64,000 nucleotides of DNA from NCBI GenBank assembly GCA_019058445.1, contig JAHPZA010000003.1:128001-192000 (forward strand). Direction: 5' to 3'. Under the pieces are notes generated by a model. That model searched no databases. It was not told the origin of the DNA and saw only the letters and a list, made by a program, of their open reading frames with translations. Made by a program: the position numbers and the translations under genes. Shown here piece after piece: positions 1 through 10,000 of the stretch (positions are counted from its first letter, which is position 1; each line of letters opens with the position of its first letter). The DNA comes from Promethearchaeota archaeon. GTDB taxonomy: Archaea; Asgardarchaeota; Lokiarchaeia; Sigyniarchaeales; SOKP01.

Positions 1-1
1 T

Positions 2-3000
2 ATCCTTTAATTTTGAATATAAATATAATGAAAATTCTTTCACTAAATTCCTTAATCTCTCAGAAGATTTTTCTCTAAGTATAAAAATTGCTCTTATATC
101 GCCCTTATCTGCAATTAAACAATGGAAATGCTTAAAATCAATTTCGAGTACTCTTTCTTCTTTCTTGAGATCTTCTTCCTCAGAAATCACAGTTTTATTA
201 CCTGATATTTCTTCTCCAATTGTAGTTATTGCTTGTATAAATCCGGAAAATAATTCTTTCTTTTGATGCTCAAGTATTGAATAACTCTTTAAGTATACTG
301 GTACACCTCCTGATTTGTGAATAATCACTACTGCTTGAATATTTTGAAGGTCCTTAAATCTCTGAGTTCTGGCTAATAAATCGGATTCCTTTCTCCTCTT
401 TCGTGGTAAAAGCACATATGATCTATAACTTAAAACAGCCAATACTCCAATTACAGCAACTAAAACTGAAACGATAATCCAAAATAAAAGCGGATCTTCT
501 TCTGCCTCTTCCTGGGTTATATCTACTATAAAGGAAAATTCCGTTGATTTATATTCCGATCCCTCTTTTGAAATAATTAGGGTAATTTTATAGTCATCTT
601 CCTCTATATCATCAGGAATTTCCAAATCTAATTTATAAATGCCTGAACCCTTACCATCCAAGGTTCCAACACCATATTCCCATGAATAAGAAACCACAGC
701 TCCATCAATATATATATTGGACCCTACTTCTTTTAATTGAATTTCAATACTAATATCTTCCCCTATATAAGCATCAATCGAATCATCGAAATCAATCGTA
801 AGAACTTCAATCGGGATTTGACCAATTATTATTTGAAATGGAAATATTGTAGTTTGATAATTATCCATACTAAATCTTATATATGCATAATTATATCCTA
901 ATGAAAAATAAGTAGTGAGAATTTTAATAGAATTATTAAACCAATAACTACCTGATTTTGTTAAATTTACCTCGTAATCACCGCATATAAATGTTAAATT
1001 TCCTTCAGTTAAATAAATTCGATCATATTTGGCCATTGAACTAGCATTGATAGTTATTTCCTCATTAAATTTTGATTCAAATAAAGAGTTCTCTTTAATT
1101 CTCTGAGCATTAAGGAAAACTGTTAAATTTACCGATTGTTCAACAATCTCAAATTGATAAGTACGATTCTGAGATTCATATTTTCCCTTAGCAAAATCAA
1201 TGTTTAAATAAAAATAACCTACTTTAGTTCTAAAAGTTGTATTAATTTCTACACTATAAATTCCATTACCTGTATTATTGATTCTATAATAACCTTCCGA
1301 TATATTTACCTTTACAATGGCCTCATCAATACCATCATCATTAGAATCTAAATACTGAAATTTAATAGTTGTATTAGAATGAAATTCAATATAATAGTCA
1401 TATTCCAATCGCTGGAGTTTAGTGTCTTCTCCTAAATTAAGCACGAGAGTAAGATTACAATCCACAAAACCTAATTTAGAAGAATTTATTATAAATTTAT
1501 AAGTTCCTAAATCTAAGGTGTCGGTGTATATTGTTGCTTCATAAATTCCATCAACAGATTCTTCTAGATCTATTTGCTGGCCTCCTGTCCAATTATAAGT
1601 AATATATGCCTCTGACACAGGTAAATTGTTTTCTGAATCTTTTAATTCAATTTTAAGAGGAATTGCCTCACCAACATACCCCTCGGCTAACAAATCATTT
1701 ACTGCGTCAAACGGTCTGTTAAGGGTCATAGAACTATTATGTATAATTATGAAACTTGATTTTAACCCACCTAAAGCAGTCCCATTTGACCAAAATAATG
1801 TATAATTATATTGCCCTCCGGTTGTATTGTATGAACCAATTGTTATTTCTGAAAAAGTAACATTTCCAGATTCATTCGGAGATTTGGATTCCTCATACCA
1901 AATAGTCCCATTAGGATGGTAGATTTTTAAATCAACCGTTGTTGATAGCAAATTAGAAGGGATCTCACCAGAAAAATTAACTTGCGTTTTAATTCTGGTC
2001 GATTCACCCGTTTTAAAACTTGATTGTACCCATTGTCCATTCTTATACATTCGAGTATTAGATATATTAAGATAATTTGGTGAAGTTGCCTTGAAAGTCC
2101 ACCAGCCAATATAAGAATAAGATTTGTTGATCTTTAGATAATTATCACCGACTCTCCCTCCCTCAAAAGGTCTTAAATAATTAGCTTGATCTCTAGCAGA
2201 AAGAATCTCCCAATTTCTAGATTTAGATATAATAAATTCAAAATCGGAATAGTGATCAATTTTAGCAAAATCATGTAAAAATTCCCATTGAATTGTTCCA
2301 TTTTTTAATATTGTATAAGATATACCCTCATCATATTGTCTATTATATTTTGTTGTCGTATTATGGTACCCATAAAGAGTAGTATCTAGTTCAAAATAGA
2401 GTTCAGAAGCTGCTGTACTTACATTTAAAACTATTAGATTTTCATCCCAAATATTAGAACTAATAGTTTGTGATGCTTGACCCCATTCATTTCCATTATT
2501 TAAGGTTTCACCATAAATCTTTAAATCAATACCATCTTGTGTAGAATTGGCAATGGATGTCAACCCTAATGTTATATTATCAAACCATACAAGTTGTTGG
2601 AACCTATCTTCAAATCCCCCATACCAAGAACTAATGCCACTTTTTATCCCAATCGAAATATTTAGATTTTGATTATCCAATATATTTTCAAAAATATTTG
2701 AATTATTAACCCATAAGGGTAGATAAATTTTTCCAGTACTGTGCCATTCATTTCTTCCAGCTTCATAAATATCAAACATTCCAATAGAATATATTTTCTG
2801 ATTATTTATCTCAAAATATATAAAAATATTATTTGTCTCCATACAGTATTCAGCATTATAATCAAAGCTGATATAGGCATCAATAAGCTTACCTCGTGGA
2901 ATGGTTAAATTCTGGTAGATTTCCGTGAAATCATTTTTATTATAATATGCCCAATATGTGTCATCATCACTATCCCATTCGATATAGGGAACATATCTTA

Positions 3001-3841
3001 CAAACATTCCAGTGGAATTACCAGCTTCACCAGGTCCGCTTGATCCAGTACCACCAAGAATATCCTCATTTAATGTCCATGAATTAGAATTAGAAAAATA
3101 ATTAGAACTTCCATTCATAAACTCATAAGAATCAATTCTATAATCTCCTGTAGGAATTAAATCATCACTATATATATCTATATCTAATTCATCACTTTTA
3201 ATCCATGGAGAGTAAAAATCACTTTTAACTCCAGTATCAAGATATTTCATTACTGAATCATTATTTAGAATTCTTATATAATCATAATTCTCCTCAATGT
3301 TAATATAATCAAAATGCACTCTCATCGCTAGAGCTCCTGGATGAGAGATTATTGCTGAATTTTCCCAAGCTTTTGGACCTGAATTATCATAACTATAAGA
3401 AATAACATTGGTTTTATTAAACACTGTTACAGGTTTAAAACCGCTATTATTTACCCAATTTCTTGTATCTTGTACATTTTCAATTGAATTTTCTATTTTT
3501 GAAACTTTCCAATTGTGAAAATCGTCTAAATAATATGTAAGATTGATTATTTCCTCATTATTTAACGTTATTTCTTGACTATTATTGTATAAATTTCCAA
3601 CTTCTGTAATATTTAAAGGTTCTTCAGTTCCTTGAAATAATATCGAATCTGCTGCGGAATTATCTAAATTTTCATCAAAATTATTAATGTTTTGATTATC
3701 ATTGATAAGAGGAGCAGATGACGATAAAGGACCAAAATTAATAATCTGAATTAAAAATAAAATTAAAATTAATGATGATAAGAAAGAAATTTGCAAAATT
3801 CTTTTATTCTTAAGTTTCTTTTTACCTTGAACAAGATGCAT
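2..3841 (-). CDS. Large single-pass surface protein (>=1280 aa, 3' end beyond window): signal/anchor peptide, CUB-like domain, beta-rich ectodomain, TM helix, cytoplasmic longin-like domain
   Basis: Manual translation from ATG 3841 gives MHLVQGKKKLKNKRILQISFLSSLILILFLIQII.... The same frame gives ISHPGALAMRVHFDYINIEENYDYIRI (~3270-3350), the TM LLFWIIVSVLVAVIGVLAVLSY followed by PRKRRK (~390-490), and NIQAVVIIHKSGGVPVY...LFSGFIQAITTIGEEI...IDFKHFHCLI to the edge. It is absent from the ORF track, consistent with no in-frame stop inside the window. Confidence 0.9.
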   Translation of the reverse strand, partial: MHLVQGKKKLKNKRILQISFLSSLILILFLIQIINFGPLSSSAPLINDNQNINNFDENLDNSAADSILFQGTEEPLNITEVGNLYNNSQEITLNNEEIINLTYYLDDFHNWKVSKIENSIENVQDTRNWVNNSGFKPVTVFNKTNVISYSYDNSGPKAWENSAIISHPGALAMRVHFDYINIEENYDYIRILNNDSVMKYLDTGVKSDFYSPWIKSDELDIDIYSDDLIPTGDYRIDSYEFMNGSSNYFSNSNSWTLNEDILGGTGSSGPGEAGNSTGMFVRYVPYIEWDSDDDTYWAYYNKNDFTEIYQNLTIPRGKLIDAYISFDYNAEYCMETNNIFIYFEINNQKIYSIGMFDIYEAGRNEWHSTGKIYLPLWVNNSNIFENILDNQNLNISIGIKSGISSWYGGFEDRFQQLVWFDNITLGLTSIANSTQDGIDLKIYGETLNNGNEWGQASQTISSNIWDENLIVLNVSTAASELYFELDTTLYGYHNTTTKYNRQYDEGISYTILKNGTIQWEFLHDFAKIDHYSDFEFIISKSRNWEILSARDQANYLRPFEGGRVGDNYLKINKSYSYIGWWTFKATSPNYLNISNTRMYKNGQWVQSSFKTGESTRIKTQVNFSGEIPSNLLSTTVDLKIYHPNGTIWYEESKSPNESGNVTFSEITIGSYNTTGGQYNYTLFWSNGTALGGLKSSFIIIHNSSMTLNRPFDAVNDLLAEGYVGEAIPLKIELKDSENNLPVSEAYITYNWTGGQQIDLEESVDGIYEATIYTDTLDLGTYKFIINSSKLGFVDCNLTLVLNLGEDTKLQRLEYDYYIEFHSNTTIKFQYLDSNDDGIDEAIVKVNISEGYYRINNTGNGIYSVEINTTFRTKVGYFYLNIDFAKGKYESQNRTYQFEIVEQSVNLTVFLNAQRIKENSLFESKFNEEITINASSMAKYDRIYLTEGNLTFICGDYEVNLTKSGSYWFNNSIKILTTYFSLGYNYAYIRFSMDNYQTTIFPFQIIIGQIPIEVLTIDFDDSIDAYIGEDISIEIQLKEVGSNIYIDGAVVSYSWEYGVGTLDGKGSGIYKLDLEIPDDIEEDDYKITLIISKEGSEYKSTEFSFIVDITQEEAEEDPLLFWIIVSVLVAVIGVLAVLSYRSYVLLPRKRRKESDLLARTQRFKDLQNIQAVVIIHKSGGVPVYLKSYSILEHQKKELFSGFIQAITTIGEEISGNKTVISEEEDLKKEERVLEIDFKHFHCLIADKGDIRAIFILREKSSERLRNLVKEFSLYLYSKLKD

Positions 3842-4020
3842 AGTACTATCCCTAAAATGCGTACCCGTAACTCTATACTTAAAATTGTAAAATTTTGTAT
3901 ACTAACTTAATAAAAATTTAATTTTATAAATATATTTTTAAATTTTAAAGGGTATGAGATTGGGTATATATGCTAGGTGAACCATTTAAAATGAATCCTC
4001 ATATGAATGGGAGGCGAAAG

Positions 4021-5331
4021 TTAATTTTTATTTGAAGTTTTTCCATTTTTTCTTTTTATATGTAATACGAAGAATATAGTTGCCAACTCCATTATAATAA
4101 AAGAGACTAATGAATAAATTTCTTGGTAAAAATTTACCACACTAAAAACTATTAATATACTAAAAAAGCTGGCAGTCAGTATCATCCCTACTATAGGAAT
4201 AATGGCATTACTACCAGTCTCTTTCCTAACTTTAAAGTTAGTAAAGTTAATGATGAAAAAAATTTGAGCAAAAATTAAACCTGCAAGACCTGCGATTGCG
4301 AGAGCGCCACCAGTAAACAATGCTAGAATTATGCTAATAAATCCCGTAATAATAATTGAAACATATGGAACTTTATTTTTATTGATCTTGGAAATTTTTT
4401 GTGGGAGTACTTCATCCTTAGCCATCATATAAGCAAGGCGAGAAGAACCCAATATAGTTGCATTCAATGCACTCGTTGTTGATAAAAGAGCCCCGAAGAT
4501 TATTAAAAACATACCTAATATCCCTATAGAAATTAAAGCAGCTAAAGCTATAGAAACCTCAGCTTCATGCACTTCCTCTCCAATAACCCCAGATACGCCT
4601 AAGATAGCCATTGTTGTGAAACCAACCATACAATAAATGACCATAGCTACTATAAGAGCAAATTTCATCATCTTTAGGCCTCCCTCCCTATCCTCCATCT
4701 CGTGAGAACCATACGCTATTAATTGGAATCCTTCATAGGAGATGAGAATACAACTACTTCCAAGGATTATTCCCATAATATTTATATTAGTAATTGATTC
4801 GCTATCTAATCCTATATTAATTAGCATCCTATCTGTGTTTTGCATAGCAAAACCAAATCCAAGGAATATAAAAATAAGAAAAATACCAATATAAACAAAG
4901 ACAAGAATACTTTGCACTCTTGCTGACTCTTTAACGCCTTTTAAATTTAATATCGTTAAAATAGAAATTAAAAGAGTAATAATTATACCAATTATATAAA
5001 AACTGTATTCTATATTGAACATTAAAATAAAATAAACACTAAAAGTATAAGCATATAAAGCCATAGTAACAATATAACCAAAATATAATAAAATACCGAT
5101 AAATGGTCCAAGATTTTGGAGTTTGGAATTAGGAAATGCATTTTGAACACAAGTATATTCCCCGCCAGGATCACACCATTTTAAGTTAAGTTTTTGATAT
5201 GAGTATACTGTAATTAAAGCTATTACTCCAGTAATTACATATGATAAATAAGAGTATGGCCCAGTAAATGTAGATATAACGCCTAATACGCTAAAAATAC
5301 CACCTCCAATTAAACCCCCTACTCCTATCAT
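4021..5331 (-). CDS. APC-family amino acid permease (true start probably upstream, ~5391)
   Basis: IGVGGLIGGGIF TM1 motif, SYEGFQ, SSRLAYMMAKDEVLP; about 12 hydrophobic segments. Confidence 0.9.
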   Translation of the reverse strand: MIGVGGLIGGGIFSVLGVISTFTGPYSYLSYVITGVIALITVYSYQKLNLKWCDPGGEYTCVQNAFPNSKLQNLGPFIGILLYFGYIVTMALYAYTFSVYFILMFNIEYSFYIIGIIITLLISILTILNLKGVKESARVQSILVFVYIGIFLIFIFLGFGFAMQNTDRMLINIGLDSESITNINIMGIILGSSCILISYEGFQLIAYGSHEMEDREGGLKMMKFALIVAMVIYCMVGFTTMAILGVSGVIGEEVHEAEVSIALAALISIGILGMFLIIFGALLSTTSALNATILGSSRLAYMMAKDEVLPQKISKINKNKVPYVSIIITGFISIILALFTGGALAIAGLAGLIFAQIFFIINFTNFKVRKETGSNAIIPIVGMILTASFFSILIVFSVVNFYQEIYSLVSFIIMELATIFFVLHIKRKNGKTSNKN

Positions 5332-6037
5332 TAAGCAACTTAATTTACTTAAGTGTTTATGAAAATCATGTTCCGGTTCTTCAAATGTTATTCCTATTCT
5401 CCCCTTTATTGATTGATAGCTTTATAATATGAAATGAAATTCTTATCTGAACTTAAAAATATAAGCGAATTTAAAAAAGTTTGTATAATAATCAATTAAA
5501 TCTTTATATAGTTTTCGAATTTATCTAAGTTCGTTATGATAGCTGATATATTTGAAGTTTTTCTGAATTATATAAAAAATTCTCAAATTTAGACTAGATT
5601 TTGAAAGCTCTTATTTTCACTAGAAAAATTTCTAGTAATTAGATAAGCAATAACACATTTTCGTATTAGGATGAATTAATTAAAAATTCGTCTTTTAAAA
5701 TAGAGATTAATCGATTTTTTTCATTTTCAGATAATTCCCTAACGTCAACTCCGCTAGTATTGTAACTATCGTAAGGGAATTCTATTAAATCCTTTTTTGA
5801 ATTATTGTTATTACTATTAATCGTGACCCACAACTGAAAAAATTAAAAACTTTGAGTAAAATTAATCTCTAAATGATCATATTTTTTAGTTACTTTTAAG
5901 GATTTGCCTCCTAAGTAATAGAATAAACATGAAAACCATAAATTTGTGTGTAAAAAAATCCTTACGAATATTAAAATGTATAAGGGTTTTATTTCACACA
6001 AAATATTATGAAATAATTAAATGATTTCCTCAAAACA

Positions 6038-7039
6038 TCATAAAGTTTCTAATTCTGGGGGAAGATACCCATAATTTTCAAAAAACCGCTTTTTTACGTC
6101 TTTAATTTGATAAATCTGAGTCTGGGGTCCGCTTGTTTCAACAACGAAGGAACCTATCACAGAACCTAGGCGACATGAATCTAGTAAGGTCATATCTAAA
6201 GATAATCCCGTTAAAATTCCTGCTCTATATCCATCACCCGCTCCTGTTGGCTCAACCAACTTTTCTGGTTTACAAATTGGAATATCTATTTGATAAATCT
6301 TTTTTTCATCTTTGTAGATTAGTTGAGAACCTTCTTTACCCTTTGTTACGATAATTGCGTTCACTTGTTTTATAATATCTTCTACAGATGATTCCAATTT
6401 ATTTTCGATTTGCTTAATTTCAAATTCATTTCCGATTAATATAGTTGTCTTTTTAATCACTTCGGTTAATAAATCTTTAGGAAATAGTGGCGTCACTTGA
6501 CCGGGATCAAAAATTATTGGAATGTTTAAATCATATAATTGTTCCTGAAAATTCACCATTGCATCAACGCTCTGAGTGGAGTTAATTGCATAAACATAAT
6601 TCTCAGGATCCTTTATTCTTTCTCTTAAATCAATTTCTTTACATTTATCAAGTGCGCCTCCATGAAAAATGATCATCTGGTTAGCCTTAATATCATTAAC
6701 AATATAACAAGCTGCTGTAAAAAGGTCTTCTTGAATATCAACACCAAGTTCAATGTTATCAAATCGAGTGATATGCTCCTTATAGCCAAGACTCTCAAAA
6801 TCTTTTCCCACTGAACAAAATACATGGGCATTTCCTACATTCATTAAACCTAAGTTGTAACAAATATTTCCTGCTGTGCCACCAAAGTGCTGAATTCTAC
6901 TACTAGTTGTTACGGTGCTTTGATAATCTCCTTTTTCATGATCTATAGAAACAGCATTGACAAAATTCTCATCAAATCCCATAATATAGTCAAATGCAAT
7001 AGATCCAAGAACTATAACTTTCTTTTTTTTAGGATTCAT
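6038..7039 (-). CDS. PfkB/ribokinase-family carbohydrate or nucleoside kinase
   Basis: GSIAFD, FGGTAGN, FDPGQ, GNEFE, PTGAGDGYRAG PfkB signature. Confidence 0.9.
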   Translation of the reverse strand: MNPKKKKVIVLGSIAFDYIMGFDENFVNAVSIDHEKGDYQSTVTTSSRIQHFGGTAGNICYNLGLMNVGNAHVFCSVGKDFESLGYKEHITRFDNIELGVDIQEDLFTAACYIVNDIKANQMIIFHGGALDKCKEIDLRERIKDPENYVYAINSTQSVDAMVNFQEQLYDLNIPIIFDPGQVTPLFPKDLLTEVIKKTTILIGNEFEIKQIENKLESSVEDIIKQVNAIIVTKGKEGSQLIYKDEKKIYQIDIPICKPEKLVEPTGAGDGYRAGILTGLSLDMTLLDSCRLGSVIGSFVVETSGPQTQIYQIKDVKKRFFENYGYLPPELETL

Positions 7040-7091
7040 GCTTTATCATTCTTTTTAATAAAAGTTATGATTTGTTAAATTTATTAAACTT

Positions 7092-10000
7092 TTAAAGCTT
7101 TTTGCGCCATTCCTTTGCTTTTTCGATATTATTAATACTCTCGTATACTTCAACAATTTTCTTATAGCATCCTTTGGCCGCTGTACGATTACCTAACTTT
7201 TCATGCAATTCTCCAGCGCTAGATAGTTGATTTACCTGCGAATCATGGTTTCCCTCATCTGCATAGATTTGAGCTGCGCGTATACGTGTATCAATGGCCA
7301 TCTCGAACATCTCCTGCATTTCCTGAGAGCGTGCCAAGCTTCCAAGAGTCCACGCAACATCCGACATCGCACCACGTGATTCATTGATTTCCATTGATTT
7401 CTCAAACATAATCTTAGCTTCCGAATGGTTTCCCATCTGCCGATAAGCGGTACCAGCATTTTGATAATTGCTTGCAAGTCCCCCAACTTCATCAATCTCC
7501 CGGTTGATGTCCATTGCTGCTTTGTAATAATCAATTGCTTCTTTAAATTCCTGCAACTCATAGAATATACTTGCAATATTATTCATTGTGATCGCGACCT
7601 GTTTCATATTTCCCATCTCCCGAGAAATACCCATTGATTTCTCGAGATAATTCCTTGCTTCTTGGTATTGTTCCATGCTTTCATAAACCTCAGCAATTTT
7701 CCTATAAAGTAAATCCATATCTGCCTTGTTTCCAAGTTGTTCACAAATCGCAAAGTCCTCAAGATACCACTTGATAGCTTCTTTATGCATCCCGTTCTGC
7801 TGATACAATCCTGCAAGATCATACACAACTTTATCCTTCATTTCAATATCCCCGACTTGATCACAAATAGATATGGCTTCCGAGAAACGTGTTACTGCCA
7901 TTTTCAAATTACCTTGATCTGAATAAAACTTTCCGAGAGCGCGTGCAACTGATATTTGATTCGTACTATTACCCAATTCCTTATCAAGTTCAAAAGTCTT
8001 TTCTAAGAAATTAATTGCTTTTTTATTTTCACCTAATGCGTTGTAGCAAAGTGCAATATTCCATTGTTGGTTCCGAATCGAGGGCATATCATTAAGGATC
8101 GAATCTAATTCTATTACTCTCTCGTACCATGGGATTGCTGCTTGGAATTCTTTAGCATTATAATAGAGTTGAGCTATATCATACGCCCTATTTACTTGCA
8201 TCTTGATATCTTCTGTTTTTTCAGCAAATTTTATTGCCTTCTTATAACTCTCAACAGCATCATTTAAATTTCTAGATTTTGTATATAATTTTCCTCGGTT
8301 TAGCCAGGCAAGGGCTGTTTTTTCAAAAATCTCCTCCTTTTCTCCTACCTTAATTGCCTCCTGATTGTATTGTTGTGCTTTTTCAAGATTTCCAAGGTCC
8401 ATGTGAACCACAGTAAGGTCATTAAGGTAGTGTACTATAGATGGCAGATTTTGCTCATCACGGCCACTTTTTAGTGCTAATGAGATAAATTCGTCAGCTT
8501 TTTGCAAATCATTCGTGTTGTAATAAATATATCCTATTTCACTTTGGATATCTGATATAAGTGTAAGCAATCCCGTCTTATTAGCAAAATTCAATGCTAT
8601 TTCAAACTCCTCAATTGCTTTATCAGTGTTTCCCGCAGTTTTGTAAATCATTCCGCAACTCTTCCGAACTCTTGCCATGTTTTCGAAGCTTTTAACTTTC
8701 TCAAAAAGTTCAAAAGCAGTCTCAAAATGATAAATAGCATCATCATTTTTTTCAGCTCCGTTCAATGCTTGGGCATAGCACTTGTGGTATATCCCCAGAG
8801 ATAAATTATTTGAATTATTTTTACCCATCTCAACCGCTTTCTCAAAGAAAGGTAATGAATCCTCATAATCTTTCTTAAGGTAATAAGAATTTCCTATATC
8901 ATTATATAAATCAGCAAAATACTCCTTTATATCAACATTTTCAGCAACTTCAAGAGCTTTTTTATAGAAATCTATTGCTTTCTCATACTCCTTTTTATGA
9001 TGATATGAGATGCCAATGTTTCGATATTGTCTTGAAACAGACTCTAAATCTTCGATTTCTTTAGACAAAGTTAAAGCTTTTTCATAGGCTTCAATTGCAT
9101 CATCATTTTGCTTAAGATCTGTGTATGCTATACCCATGTTCGCATACAACCCGCTTTTTCCCACAATTCTGCCCGTTTCTTCATATAATACAAGAGCTAA
9201 TTTGAATTCTTCAATAGCTTTCTCATTTTTATCTAGATCCATGTAAAGCGATCCAATATTAGTATGTGTCACTGCCATAGCTCCTTTTTTTCCTAGTTTC
9301 TCATCGATTGCTAAGGCTTCCATATAAAGCTTCTCCGCCTCTTCAAGAATACCGAGGTTCTGTAATGCCAATCCTACATTATTCTTTGCAGTGGCGATTC
9401 CTTCAATGTCTCCAATTTCCTCGTTCATTTTTAAAGAGTCCTGGTAATATCTAAGCGCAGTTTTATAATCCTTCATATTTGTGTATACCTGGCCTATATT
9501 ATTGATCAGTGTTCCAATTTCTTTAACAAGATTTATTTCTCTCGCAAGATCAAGTGCTTCGTTGTAATATTGTAATGCTTCTTCGTTTTTATTCGTATTT
9601 CGATAAACAGATGCTACTCTTGATAAAGATATGACAATAGACCCCTTATTGTTCATCTCTCTACTCAAAGTAAGCGCCTTCTCGTATTTTTCCATGGCAT
9701 CATTGAATTTACCTAAAACAACATCATTTCCTCCAAGTGAATGAAGATACATGGGTATTCGGATTTTTTCGTCAATTTTAATGGCTATATTCAGGGCTTC
9801 TGAAAAATATTCCCGAGCCTTGGTATACTCCCCTCTTGATTCATACACATCCCCTATACTCATTAATCGGCCAGCTTTTCCTGATAAATCTTTTAATTCC
9901 TCAGAAATTTCAAGCGCTTCTTTGAAGTAATTCATAGCAAGATCTATTTCCCCAAAATTAAAAAAAAGGATGCCTAAGTTGTGAAGCGATATTCCTAACG

